64,000 nucleotides of DNA from Octopus vulgaris. Its lineage: Eukaryota. Both the position numbers and the translations under genes were made by a program. Positions 12,451-25,715 of this stretch are shown here, piece by piece; the first letter of the stretch is position 1, and every line of letters begins with the position of its first letter. The DNA is taken from contig OX597834.1 in the NCBI GenBank assembly GCA_951406725.2, positions 6,820,001 to 6,884,000 on the forward strand, in the 5' to 3' direction. The notes below the pieces were generated by a model that was not told where the DNA came from, searched no databases, and worked only from the letters and a program-made list of their open reading frames with translations.

Positions 12451-12559
12451 TATATTAGGAATCCTTTTAACAGTGGAAGTAGTTTTCTCCCTAAATTTAT
12501 GGCACAAAACTTTAGGAATTGTTTCACAAGATAATAGAAAAGGAAAGATGCAGGTTCAC

Positions 12560-13870
12560 ACATTTTGTATATAGCAGGATTGTATCTTTTAATTTCAAAA
12601 TCCTTCTTCATGAATGAGCTATATGTTGCAAAATTAATTAACAAAATCAATAAGCAAAAAATATTGTAATTACAAATGCTTAGTCATTCCTGTTTCTCAA
12701 TGGGAAACATGAGTTGAGGACATGGGGAAGAAATGATCAATGTATCTTTGAGAGCATATGATGGTTCTTTGGTGAGTGAAAGTATTGTGTGTTATATTCT
12801 ACACTCATTGAGAAAGAAGTTTCCTAAAATGGATTGAGGCATATATAGGGATGATGGCCTAATTGCGTTGAAAAATTGTAAATATCATAAGTCAGATAAA
12901 TTTTGAAAAAATCTGATTAAAGTTTTTCAGAAAACACTACTTACATATTTCGTTTTTGAATTGGTTTCCAAGATTCCTTATATGAGTTCGTATGTTGAAG
13001 CATATTCTGTTGTGTCTGGGGAGAGTCATTCTCTTTTAGTGCCTTATTATTTAACACACTCACCGGTAAAATTTCTACTTATTTCTTATTTTTATTTTCT
13101 AAAATTTTCGTTGCAACCTTTTCAATAGTCTTGACTCTGAGAGTGTGTTAAATAATAAGGCACTAAAAGAGAATGACTCTCCCCAGACACAACAAAACTA
13201 CTTACATACAACTGTAGATACTAACCTTATTGTTAATTTTCTAGACATAAACTTGAGATTTGATAACAATTGTTTCAAGCCATAATAGAAAACAAGAGAA
13301 ATTAATGTATTCACTTGTACTTAGCAACATTAGTAAAAGGGTATCCTAATATTGTTTGAAAATACTACTTCTATGAAGGCAACTGGGTGTTCTAATGAAT
13401 AGATCAGAAATAGGGGATTCTCAGATGGGTAAAATGCACTGAGGGCATACAGTGTATGAATAAGAATAGAAGAAAGAATAATGAATATTCTATGGGACAG
13501 CTCAGTATTAAATTCAAAAGTAAGATATGATAAAGCTAGGGGATTTGTTAATTCTATAGATTACCATTTTCCGCTAGGATTTAAGTATAGTAAGACATTA
13601 ATAAGAATTGTGTTATTGGTAGATAGCTTGTATGAATTTCAATTGTTATGTCAGAGGCTGCAGGGCTGAAGGAAAGGGACAGGCAAATAGATAACATCAC
13701 TTGTGTAACTACAGAATTCCTAAGAATTCCCCACTTGTTGGAAACTGTTTTTCCAAGGGTGATAGTATTCAGAGCTAAAATGGATTTCAGCACCAGAGAG
13801 GAACTTGATGTGTTAGGCAAACTGAATTAGCATTCAAAAATCAATTCGATAAGCACAATCGTTCATTTTT
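12560..13870 (+). pseudogene. Decayed Penelope-like retroelement ORF (RT plus GIY-YIG endonuclease; Naiad-like motifs)
   Basis: In order: AYDGSLVSE, GIYRDDGL, IKVFQK, [P1 insertion], ITVDTNLIVNFLDI, IDYHFP, CNYR..PLVGNC, RQTELAFKNQFDKHNRSF. Many stops and frameshifts; may continue to about 14530. Confidence 0.85.
12949..13196. mobile_element. Fold-back element P1 inserted in the PLE RT, 13-bp TSD
   Basis: ACTACTTACATAT at 12936-12948 and 13197-13209. RT motifs continue on both sides. Confidence 0.88.
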
Positions 13871-13979
13871 CAACCCTTGTATAAGATGTTCTATGGTCCT
13901 GTTGAAGCTTATACGGTTTTTACATGAAGCATGTTCTCACAAATTTAGAATTATTTAGTTGATTTTAGATAAGGTATAT

Positions 13980-14395
13980 CAGCTGCAAGCTGGCAGAAAC
14001 AATAGCAAGCCGGGCGAAATGCGTAGCCGTATTTCGTCTGCCGTTACGTTCTGAGTTCAAATTCCGCCGAGGTCAACTTTGCCTTTCATCCTTTTGGGGT
14101 CGATTAAATAAGTACCAGTTACGCACTGGGGTCGATGTAATCGACTTAATCCGTTTGTCTGCCCATGTTTGTCCTCTCTGTGTTTAGCCCCTTGTGGGTA
14201 GTAAAGAAATAAGTATTTCGTCTGCCGTTACGTTCTGAGTTCAAATTCCGGCAAGGTCGACTTTGCCTTTCATCCTTTCGGCGTAGATTAAATAAGTACC
14301 AGTTATGCACTGGGGTCGATATAATCGACTTAATCCATTTGTCTGTCCTTGTTTGCCCTCTCTGTGTTTAGCCCCTTGTGGGTAGTAAAGAAATA
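13980..14395 (+). mobile_element. SINE family C, partial tandem dimer
   Basis: A full unit followed by a second unit restarting at GTATTTCGTCTG (about 14213). Confidence 0.88.
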
Positions 14396-14753
14396 GGCAT
14401 ATCAAGGGTGTGGTGTGACCAGTGGGCAAAAAATTGAGAATTTTTTTTCCAGAAAGTAAGAATTTGGACATAAGAATGAACAGAAGTATTACCATTTTGT
14501 ATGCATGGAGCAAAATTATCTTTCAAGTACCATCTTCCTCGACTTTTTTCAAGCTAGGTTGAGGGGAAAAAGAAACGTTGGTCTAGAAATATTTTCCAAA
14601 AATTTCTCAAGCAGCAAAGCAATTCCACAGAAGACAGTTTATATAATGAGGTTTAAAAGCTAAGTATAATGACAAATGAAAGAACAAAATATTTGGATGT
14701 TACCCATAATAATTGGGAATTAAGTGAAACAGCTATTTTATATATATCACGAA

Positions 14754-15141
14754 GTGGAGGCGCAATGGCCCAGTGGTTAGGGCAGCAGACTCGCGGTCAT
14801 AGGATCGCGGTTTCGATTCCCAGACCGGGCGTTGTGAGTGTTTATTGAGTGAAAACACCTAAAGTTCCATGAGGCTCCGGCAGGGGATGGTGGTGATCCC
14901 TGCTGTACTCTTTCACCACAACTTTCTCTCACTCTTACTTCCTGTTTCTGTTGTACCTGTATTTCAAAGGGCCGGCCTTGTCACTCTCTGTGTCATGCTG
15001 AATATCCCCGAGAACTACGTTAAGGGTACACGTGTCTGTGGAGTGCTCAGCCACTTACACGTTAATTTCACGAGCAGGCTGTTCCGTTGATTCGGATCAA
15101 CCGGAACCCTCGTCGTTGTAACTGACGGAGTGCTTCCATCC
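14754..15141 (+). mobile_element. SINE family B (tail type 2)
   Basis: tRNA-like head with A and B boxes. The tail is shared with the minus fragment at about 30775-31010. Confidence 0.88.
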
Positions 15142-15307
15142 ATATATATCACGTACAAGACAATTCTTTAAAAAAAAACAGTCATAAAGATAAGTGTTTC
15201 CTAAATATCTTTCATATAATATTTCAAAACGGATTCACAGAACAGATTATTCAAGACAGGGAACGTAAAACTTACAGTAGGGACAATTTATAGTCTTAAG
15301 ATTATAA

Positions 15308-15740
15308 TGTGTGTATATATGTGTGTGTGTGAGTATGTGAGTGTGTGCATGCGTGTGTGTGTGAATGTGTGTGTGTGGGTGAGTGTGTCTGCATGAATGT
15401 GTGTGCATGTGTGTGTGTGAATGTGTGAAAGTATGTGTGTGTGTGTGTATGTGCATGCGTGTGTGTGAATGTGTGTGTGTGTGTGTGCGTGTGTGTGGGT
15501 GGGTGTGTCTGCATGAATGTGTGTGCATGTGTGTGTGTGTGAATATGTGCGTGCATGTGTGTGAAAGTATATGTGTGTATGCGTGTGTGTGTGTGCATGA
15601 ATGTGTGTGTATGTGTGTGCATATGTGTGTGCGCATGTACACATACATATATATATACATATATATATATATACACTTACGTACACTCACACACACACAT
15701 ATACACACACATATGTACGTGTGTGTCTGTGTGTGTATGT
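15308..15740. repeat. Degenerate (TG)n/(TA)n microsatellite
   Basis: Read directly. Confidence 0.92.
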
Positions 15741-17099
15741 CTGAGAATACTAAGTACATGGAAATAAATGACATAATTACTACTAATAAAAGAAAGATGG
15801 ACACAGTTTAAGAAGATGTAGCATGGTTGCCGTCTAATGACTGAAACAAGTAAAAGATAATGACACACACACACATACACACACACACACACACATACGC
15901 ATACACACACACACACAAATACACACATGTCTGTTTTCTCAAACTTGTATGAATTGGAGAGATTGTCTTCAACCCTGTCTTGCACCATTTTTGTTACAAC
16001 CATTTGTTATTGTTAGTTCAGCCACTCTACTTCAGCTTTCACAAAAACTTCTCAGGTGAGGTCACTGGAGGTAGCAAGCCATTTGCGGTTCCATAGGATT
16101 CATAGAAAAAGTTTCTTGGGAATATTGAATTTATAAGTGGTCCCGAACATCCCACATGCATATCCCGAGTGACGGGACACCCTGTTTGCCGTGGAGTCTC
16201 CACAGACGCAGGGACAGAACGACCTTGAAGCCACTGGTTGCCGATCAGACGCCTCTTGGAATTTTCACCAGAGCCCCATTGGCCAGGCTGTAGCCCTAAT
16301 ACCGCTCAGTGCCAGACCAATCCTCCTTGGGTGGCCCTACCAGGAACCAAAGTTCCCGACGACATAGCTCTGACACTGCCCGTTTACACCACCCTACCAC
16401 TTTGAGGAAGGGTTGGACTTTAGGGTTGGACTTTACCTGGTTGATGAATATTAGGTATAGGAGTTTGTTCTTGGCAAAACATTCCTTCCCAATATTTGTC
16501 TTAGAACTATGGATCAGCATCATTCTATTTTCCAGCCATTCATTGCACTCACTGTAACCAACTCCTTTTGTTTTCATAACTTTATCCACCAATTTTATGT
16601 TTCTATATTAGATTCCTTCAAAAGCACCTTGCTTGTTTTCACTGCATTTGATGAGGATATAACTTTTCATTAGTCATTGATCATTTCTTGTAATATGTAA
16701 ATGAGTATGCAAATTACTACCATGTGTCCTAATTGCAAGATAGTTTTTATCTTCTCAACAACTCTATCTCATTATATGCATCAATTAGTACTTGTATGAA
16801 ACCATTGTTAGTTGAAGGTGCTTTTAATGTTCTTGTTTTCCAGATTGTTTTTTGTCTTTGAGTCTGACTAACTCTTACTATAAAGTCACAAACCACTAAC
16901 TAGTTACTAATTACCAATTAAAGTAGTACAATCTTCTCTAGAGAAAGACTTAGTGATCTCAACTCTTTGTTTATCTCACTTCTCAGTGAGAAACAAGTGC
17001 ATCTGAATCTAGTGTCTGCAAGTCGGAGAGATGACCAGAGAGTTAGCCTGTTTCCTGAAGTTATTTTTTAGAAACGATAGTGTCACTTACATCAAAGAA

Positions 17100-17490
17100 C
17101 TGGTGGAGACCTCATCTTTTCTCATTCAATGTATCATAACTATATCTTCCATGTAAACCAGAGAAAATATTGGGAAGTTGTCCAATATGCCCATTAAAGT
17201 TGTTGACTGTGACATCGAAGTCCCTGCCAGCAATATTAATGGGCATATTGGACAATTTCCTAATAGCTTCTCTGGTGCGTAGAAGGGTCTCATAAACGAA
17301 GTCCTACTGTGTCTGTAAGTCCTGTTAGCTGAAATGAATGTCCCTGCCATCTTGTTTGAGATTATCATAAGCTTTATTGTCCTGTCACTTATTCTAACAA
17401 TCTCAACCACATTATCTCTCAATTTTTCTTCTAACAAAATACTTATTTCACATACTCTGTCTTTAATACTCATCCAGAAGATATTTCACT
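17100..17490 (-). pseudogene. Decayed RTE-type APE endonuclease fragment
   Basis: ILLEEK...VVEIVRISDRTIKL...TFISA and, in another frame, FNGHIG. Confidence 0.7.
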
Positions 17491-17725
17491 ATTGTTCCTT
17501 GCTCAAGAGGGGTCTGACTGGGGCTCCTTTTCTTTTTAACTTTTCTACACAGAACACATCTCATCTCCCTTGTCCCAACATTTCCATAACCCTTTCTCAG
17601 CTTACCTTTCTATTATCTTGTGAAACATATTACATACATACATGTATATATATAGATATATGCACTCACATATACATGTGTGTGTGTGTGTATGTATATT
17701 TAGCTATCTACTTATCTATCCATAA

Positions 17726-17763
<38 letters not shown>

Positions 17764-18753
17764 GCACACACACATTTATATAGATAGATAGATACATACA
17801 CACATATATATATAAATATATATTTTTAAATATACCATCCCCTGCATAAGCTCCCACACATATTGCACCCCTACACACACCACATGCATCTACTGGTGTA
17901 GATAGCGGCTACCCCCAAAATACTGACGTGGCAAGAGGTGTATTTCTCTGTAGGAAATTCTACAAGATCACGTCTGCTTTCTGCACCTGACAAGAAGTTT
18001 TGCAGAATAACTTCATAAAATGTATTGAGTTCTCACACATAGTCCATTACTTCTATTTTATATTTAGGTATAATTCTGCATACCCTAAATTTTATATATA
18101 TTTTTATGATTTACACACATATACATACACACATATATGCATACATACATACATATGTACGTACATAATTATCTATATATATAAATAAATATATATATAC
18201 ATATATTTATATATACACGCACACATTATATTAATAAGAAAAACAAGCAAAAGTCTGTAAAATATAATCAAAATAATTTAAAATTAAAATATTTATTGGT
18301 ATACCTATCAATACACACTTATACATTCTCACACATTATACTCACCAAGCACCCCACACACACACACACACTCAAACACATATTCATATTTGGGAACATA
18401 AAAAAACATTTCAATTGAGTAAACTTCTTTGACCAAAATTTGATTACATTCTCTATTTTTAATCCATTTTAGTTGTTTTTCTTTTTTTTTAATGTTGAAT
18501 AAAACTAATGTACAATATTATTGAATTACTATTTACTTATAGTGTGCACATGCATGTGTTGTGTGTGTGTGTGTGTGTGTGTGTTTGCATATACAACCAT
18601 ATATAGATGTGAGTATATATATATATATATATATATATCTTCTATTCTCTCTCCTGTCTCCCTCTGCCTATGAGTGTGCATGTATGTATGTATGTATGTA
18701 TGTATGTATGTATGTATGTATATGCATATGCACATATATGCGAGTGTGCATAT

Positions 18754-18830
<77 letters not shown>

Positions 18831-18878
18831 TGTATATGATATATATATATATGAATATGTATATGAATATATATATGA

Positions 18879-18936
<58 letters not shown>

Positions 18937-19863
18937 GAATATATATACTCTCTACCCTTCTCTCTTTCCTCTCTCTCTCTGTATAGTTATATTTATATAT
19001 ATATATATTTGTGTGTATGTATGAATATTAATATATATGTACATGTGTATTTATAAATATATATGCACACACACACACACACACACATATATGTGCACTC
19101 ATATGCATATACATATGTATATGTGCATGTGCTTGTATATCTTGTGTGTGTGTATGTGTTTGCATGTGTGTATGTGTATGTGTATGTGCGTGCGGCCTAA
19201 ATATTTATCTTTGTAATTTTATAAAACTTGCATGAAAAAAAATAATCAAGTTTTCAGTTAAACTGTCTTACATATGGTCAGTATTTAGATAAATAACTTT
19301 ATTATTGATATTTATTTAATGTGGCAGACACAACTAGCAGAGTGTTGGCATCAATTAGCTACACTTGCTAACGAAAAACTTTGTAACACGCCACAGAACA
19401 TATGAATTAATTGGTTTTTATTCATGTGCTTCTTTTTTGTTATTTTAAATCACAGTTGGCGAACATTTGTAACATTGATGATAGTTTCCCAAAGTTCTGA
19501 TCGCTGGTTTTCGTGTGTAGTCATTGCCGAGAATGAGACCTGTATGTGTAACCTGGTGTAGAAGAAATATTGAAAGGAACTTTTCTTCGGAGATCTGAAG
19601 TTCTTTAACAGTTTGCCCCTAGATATTTACCACATTCATCGGAATACATCAACGAAAGATACAGACACACAGTCATCTACCTCTGTGTCTATATATATAT
19701 GTGTGCATATATATATTATTAAAGGAAAAGGAAGACAATAGCAAGGCAGGGCAAGCTTAACAGATCATTTAAATTATTTTGATGGTTAATTAATTGGAGT
19801 ACTCAGGCACCGTACCTATTAGTTTAGATTGCCTGTGGCGTAAACACTTCCTATTCTCTCCCC

Positions 19864-19929
<66 letters not shown>

Positions 19930-20330
19930 CCATCTTCCTAAGAATGGAAGATCATGCTGATTGCTTCACCATGTCCTATCCCCTACATTGCACTTAAGGA
20001 CCACTAACCCAGTTTCATTTCCAGTCTTAAATGCATGCCGGTGAAACCCTCTAAGAGCAAGATAAGCATTGTAAGCATGCTTATCCTCAATGCCATCAAC
20101 TCTTATTGCAAAAGAGCCCCAGGGTTGATGTGATGGGATTGTAGTGGTACTGAAATCAATTATCTCCATGCATCGAGATTAAAAGTCGTGATTGGGCATT
20201 TGGGAAAAGTACATATGACATTGCTTTGCCTTGGTCTGTTTTTAGTTGGAGTCCTTATCAAGAAAGATCAGGAGTGTACCAGTTGTGTTATTCAATCCCT
20301 CCCTAAGGATTACATGGTGAATTGGAGCAG

Positions 20331-20513
20331 TTACTCTTTTTTCTCTTTTACTTGTTTCAGTCATTTGACTGCTTCCATGCTGGAGCACCACCTTTAGTCG
20401 AGCAAATCGACTTATTCTATCGGTCTCTTTTGCCAAACCACTAAGTGACGGGGACGTAAACATACTAGCATCGGTTGTCTAGCAATGCTAGGGGGACAAA
20501 CACACACAAACAC

Positions 20514-20544
<31 letters not shown>

Positions 20545-20713
20545 TATATACGACAGGCTTCTTTCAGTTTCCGTCTACCAAATCCACTCACAAGGCATTG
20601 GTCGGCCCGGGGCTATAGCAGAAGACACTTGCCCAAGATGCCACGCAGTGGGACTGAACCCGGAACCATGTGGTTGGTTAGCAAGCTACTTACCACACAG
20701 CCACTCCTGTACC
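20331..20713 (-). mobile_element. SINE family A
   Basis: Reverse complement of the family A sequence. Confidence 0.88.
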
Positions 20714-20899
20714 TATGTTGTTTGTTTTTCATTAAAATGTGACAGTTTCAAAATCACGGGCTATCCATGGATGTGTGGGTTTCGTTAGGTGGTCAGGTGA
20801 TTCTCTAGCATTTAGTGAAAGAGTATGGGTAGCTATTCTCTATCAGGACCTTTCTGAATTATTTGGTGTTGGAGTTCTTGTTTCCTGCTTCTCTGCATT

Positions 20900-21575
20900 C
20901 ATTGTGTATCATGTGAATGAATCATGTTTCGTGACTTTGAAGAGCAGGAATGAATTATAATGTACAAATCGGCCCCTGCATGCCACTTTTTGTAAAATTT
21001 AGTGAGGACGGATCCATTCTCTGTGATTTTGAGTTCAAAATAAAGCAGAGATGAGGGACTAGTGTTGTTGGGATGCACCACTTTGAAATTTATTTGTTCA
21101 TTGATATTATTAAATATATTGTATATATTTCTTTATTGCCCACAAGGGGCTAAACATAGAGGGGACAAACAAGGACAGACAAAGGGATTAAGTCGATTAC
21201 ATCGATCCCAGTGCGTAACTGGTACTTTATTTATCGACCCCGAAAGGATGAAAGACAAAGTCGACCTCAGCGGAATTTGAACTCAGAACGTAACGACAGA
21301 CGAAATACCGCTAAGCATTTCGCCCGGCGTGCTAACGATTCTGCCAGCTCGCCACCTTAAATATATTGTATATTTTATCAGTCACCTCGTTAGATGATGT
21401 TAATACGAGGATGTCATCTACAAACCTGATGAAAAGAGCACTAGAGTGACAGTGGTTGAATGCCCTGCATTCTAGCCAGTCCATGTATGTGATGTCTAGT
21501 GGGTCCAACAAACTGGACTCCACTGGCATTCCAGAGATTTGTTTGTAAATGGAGCCCTGGAACTGGAAGAATATG
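20900..21575 (-). pseudogene. Decayed Penelope-type RT fragment interrupted by a family C SINE
   Basis: FFQFQGSIYKQISGMPVESSL...YMDWLE...FIRFVDDILV, then HP...ITENGSVLTKFYKK. Confidence 0.8.
21125..21358 (-). mobile_element. SINE family C
   Basis: Reverse complement of 12218-12450. Confidence 0.9.
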
Positions 21576-21576
21576 T

Positions 21577-21915
21577 CATCATCATCATCATCATCATTGT
21601 TCGACCGTGGTCGAGACAATGGAATTTACCATGCTACGCCAGACTTCACGGTCCATCATGGCATTACGGAGGTCCTGTTGCTGGATGCCTGTATCCCTGG
21701 AGATTACATCAGGGTAGGAGAATGTGCACCCTTTGGTATCACGAGCAGATGGCTTCCAGAGGAGAAGAGTAGAAATTACCTCGTTTTCAGGTCTACAAAA
21801 GGCCCAGCAAACTGGACTCTTCTACCTTTCACAAGAAATGACACAGGTGGTAGTTTCCCATATATTTGCATTTTGGTTGGATGACACTTCTCCGAGAGAT
21901 TTTGAGCTCTCATAA
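21577..21915 (-). mobile_element. 5'-truncated RTE-group LINE 3' end
   Basis: Close copy of 6960-7290 with a (GAT)n tail. Confidence 0.85.
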
Positions 21916-22646
21916 GGAGGCAAGTGTAAGTTCCATCCAACCGCCTCTCAAGCTTCTTTGATAACGTCCAGGTTTCTGAGCCATATGTTGTCCATTAGAG
22001 TAATTAACAGTCCATGCTTATCTGGAGTTGTGAGCCCGAAGTAATTATGGTTTTGGGAGGATACAATGTTTTCAGTTAATAAATTGTTAGCTGAGGATGC
22101 AGGGACAAAGGTGCACAGGAAAACAACATATATATGCAAAGTATGTATAAATGAATGTTTGCACATTTGCATTTGCACATATCTGCTACTGCCACTTGTT
22201 GTTGTTGTTGTTAAGCAACGAGATGGGTAAGGGTGATTAGGTGATGGTCTAGGACTTAGGAGCGGGAGACCCCAGACCGTGGAAAAAAAAAACTTTGGTC
22301 ATCTTGTTGTAGTCAAGGGCTCTTCGTTGATGCCTGACACCACTGGGAGGTGGCCCTTGAAGTCGCAGGAAATGGAGATCTCCAGGTCCAAATACTTGGA
22401 CGGCCGCTACTTGACAAATGATGGTGATTTGTTTACATTCCTATAACATAGTGGTTCAGAAAAAAAGACTGATAAAATAAACACCAGGGTTGATTTGTTA
22501 GACTACTGTCTTTAAGATAATTGCCTTGTTTGCCAAATGCATAGCACCATCTTAGATTATAATCTATTTGATAATACTGTTGCTAACATCATCTATCCTT
22601 CAACTCCATTCATAAGCTTTTCTTGATGTCAGTATCTCTTCCTCGT

Positions 22647-23046
22647 TACTCTTTTACTTGTTTCAGTCATTTGACTGTGGCCATGCTGGAGCACCGCCTT
22701 TAGTCGAGCAAATCGACTCCAGGACTTATTCTTTGTAAGCCTAGTACTTATTCTATCGGTCTCTTTTGCCGAACCGCTAAGTTACGGGGACGTAAACACA
22801 CCAGCATCAGTTGTCAAGCAATGCTAGAGGGACAAACACAGACACACAAACACACACACACGCATATATATACATATACATATATACGACGGGCTTCTTT
22901 CAGTTTCCGTCTACCAAATTCACTCACAAGGCTTTGGTCGGCCTGAGGCTATAGTAGAAGACACTTGCCCAAGGTGCCACGCAGTGGGACTGAACCCAGA
23001 ACCATGTGGTTGGGAAGCAAGCTACTTACCACACAGCCACTCATGC
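22647..23046 (-). mobile_element. SINE family A
   Basis: Reverse complement of the family A sequence. Confidence 0.9.
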
Positions 23047-23589
23047 TGTATGTCAGTTTCTTAAAACGACTTCCCTCTTCTCTTTTAGCCCTTCTTTGGA
23101 GTTTTGGTCGCATTCCTCTGTTTTGATTACCTTCATCCCAACTCTGTTATCTTTGGTGTCAGTTCAATCGGTTTTCTCTTAATTATAATAATTTATATTC
23201 CTTTGTCATTTACCGTAATTACAAGGTTCTGTAGGTCATCTCTGCTGAAAGTTAATTAATCTGATAACTGAAAATATTTCTAACATTTGATCTAAAATAA
23301 TTTTGGAGTTATACACACGATATAACCAACGCAAGCCAACTAGGTTGAATTTTCAAAACTTTGGTTATTAAATCTGCACGTGTTCTTAGCGGTCATAACC
23401 CTAAAAGTGCATGGCTCTCTAGAGTTGTAAATACTTTCTTATGTAGAATTAATCAATACACTAATTAGTTTCAGTAATCAACATCCGTTGTTCAACTCAC
23501 ATCAGAGAACATATTTTGTGTGTCATTCCCCTCTGGAAACGATAGAATAAGTAGCATACATCTACTTGGGTTAGTTCAGTGGACAGACT

Positions 23590-24205
23590 GTGGAGGCACA
23601 TGGCTTAGTAGTTAGAGCAGTGGACTCGTGGTCGAGAGATCGTGGGTTATATCTCAGACCGGGCGATATGTGTGTTTATGAGCGAAACACCTAAGCTCCA
23701 CGCAGCTCCGGCAGAAGGTAATGGTGAACTTCTGCTGACTCTTTCTCTCACTCTTTCCTCCTGCATCTTGCAGCTCACCTGCGACGGACTGGCATCCCGT
23801 CCAGGTGGGGAACCTATACACCAAAGAAACCGGGAAACCGGCCCCTATGAGCCAGGCATGGCTGCATACATGTACTTGGGTCAATTCAGTGGATGGAGTG
23901 TGGAGGCACATAGCCTAGTGGTTAGAGCAGCAGAGTCGCGGTCGAGGGATCGTGAGTTTGAATCTCAGACCGGGCGATGTGTGTGTTTATGAGCGAAACA
24001 CCTAAGCTCCACGCAGCTCCGGCAGAAGGTAATGGTGAACTTCTGCTGACTCTTTCGCCACAACTTTCTCTCACTCTTTCCTCCTGCATCTTGCAGCTCA
24101 CCTGTGACAGACAGACGTCCCGTCCAGCTGGGGAACCTAAATGCCAAAGAAACCGGGAAACCAGCCCTTATGAGCCAGGCATGGCTTGAGAAGAAACAAA
24201 CAAGC
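23590..24205 (+). mobile_element. Two tandem family B-related SINEs (tail type 3)
   Basis: Heads GTGGAGGCACAT at about 23590 and 23900, with a shared tail CTCACCTGCGACGGACTGGC...GAAACCGG...GAGCCAGGCATGGCT. Confidence 0.85.
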
Positions 24206-24569
24206 AAAGTGGACGGACTACATACTGCTTTATATAAACATGCAGCCATAAGCAACTGTAAGGAAGATACTCAGATTCAAGAACAAACTTTCATACACAC
24301 ATAAACATGCACCCCATTACACACATGTACAGAGGCACAGAAAGCTGTCTTGGGCCTAGTACAGAGTCACATATCTGTGACAGTTGTATAAGCCTGGTAC
24401 TTGAATAACTGTTTACTCTCGCAGATATCATCACTGCGTCAAATGAACAGCTGCTCAGCCGATTGATGAGAAACCACTAATAATCATACTCAGACCTTTT
24501 GCCATAAGCACAATGTCTCCTTTCAAAGTTTTTGCTGCTGCAGTGGCGTCTACATGTTAGAGATGGATG

Positions 24570-24583
24570 GTCACCATGGCAAC
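24570..24583. promoter_or_regulatory. RFX X-box-like motif
   Basis: GTCACCATGGCAAC fits the X-box consensus and lies in non-repetitive sequence. Function untested. Confidence 0.35.
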
Positions 24584-24831
24584 TCAGATGATCTCAGTGA
24601 TCTCATAATAAGTTTCTGATGACTGATTAATGAAATGGAAGCTCCAGGCCAGATTCTTTTTATTTTATTTTTATTTTTCGTCTGGTGATGAAGAAGAGAA
24701 ACCTTTGATCAGTGGCACAAGGAAAAGCCCTCATTACACGCTGAAAATGGTTGGCGCCAGGAAGGCCATCAGCCATAGAAACCAAGTTAAAGCTGACACG
24801 GAGCATGATGTGGCTCTCTGATTACACATAT

Positions 24832-25085
24832 GGGTGAGCTGGCAAAAGCGTGAGCACGCCGGGCGAAATGCTTAGCAGTATTTCGTCTGTCACTGCGTTC
24901 TGAGTTCAAATTCCGCCGAGGTTGACTTTGCCTTTCATTCTTTCAGGGTCGACTTTGCATTTCATTCTTTCGGGGTCGATGAATTAAGTACCAGTTATGC
25001 ATTGGGGTCGATTTAATTGACTTAATCCGTTTGTCTGTCCATGTTTGTCCCCTCTGTGTTTAGCTCCTTCTGGGCAATAAAAAAA
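24832..25085 (+). mobile_element. SINE family C
   Basis: Matches family C, with a short internal duplication. Confidence 0.85.
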
Positions 25086-25358
25086 AAGAAAAGAAAAATA
25101 GATGTAAAATGGTGATGAGGATGATAACAACAATGACAGCGATGATGGCAACATCTGTCACGATGACGACGATGACAACATCATCTAAAATAATATCATC
25201 GTTATTGAATGTCCACTTTTCCATGCTTGCATGTACCACATGTAGCTTGTTTGAGACAGATTTTCCATGACCAGGTGCCCTTTCTGTGTACCAACACTCA
25301 CCTGTTTCCAATTAAGGTAAATAAACGTGTTTACTAATAAACATATACTCATGAGTTT

Positions 25359-25715
25359 GTTTTGGGATTTGGTTTGCAAGATTCTTTATATGAGTTCGTG
25401 TGTTGAAGCATATTCTGTTGTGTCTGGGGAGAGTCATTTTCTTTTGGTGCCTTATAATGTAACACACTCACCGGCAAAATTTCCACTTATTCCTTATTTT
25501 CATTGTCCTAAAATTTTCGTTGCGTCTTGTAGCCTTTTCAATAGTCTTGACTCTCTTTCAATAGGCTTGAGAGTCAAGACTATTGAAAATGTTGCAAGAT
25601 GCAACGAAAATTTTAGGACAATAAAAATAGGAAATAAGTGGAAATTTTACCGGTGAGTGTGTTACATTATAAGGCACAAAAAGAAAATTACTCTCCCCAG
25701 ACACAACAGAACATC
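25359..25715. mobile_element. Fold-back element P1, 11-bp TSD
   Basis: CTCATGAGTTT at 25348-58 and 25716-26; inverted arms with a left tail. Confidence 0.88.

Noticed and set aside
14754-14830. tRNA-like sequence with A and B boxes
   Set aside because: SINE head that runs into a SINE body; not a tRNA gene.
16100-16760. Complex sequence with faint PLE-like words (KTNIGK)
   Set aside because: Too decayed to assign.
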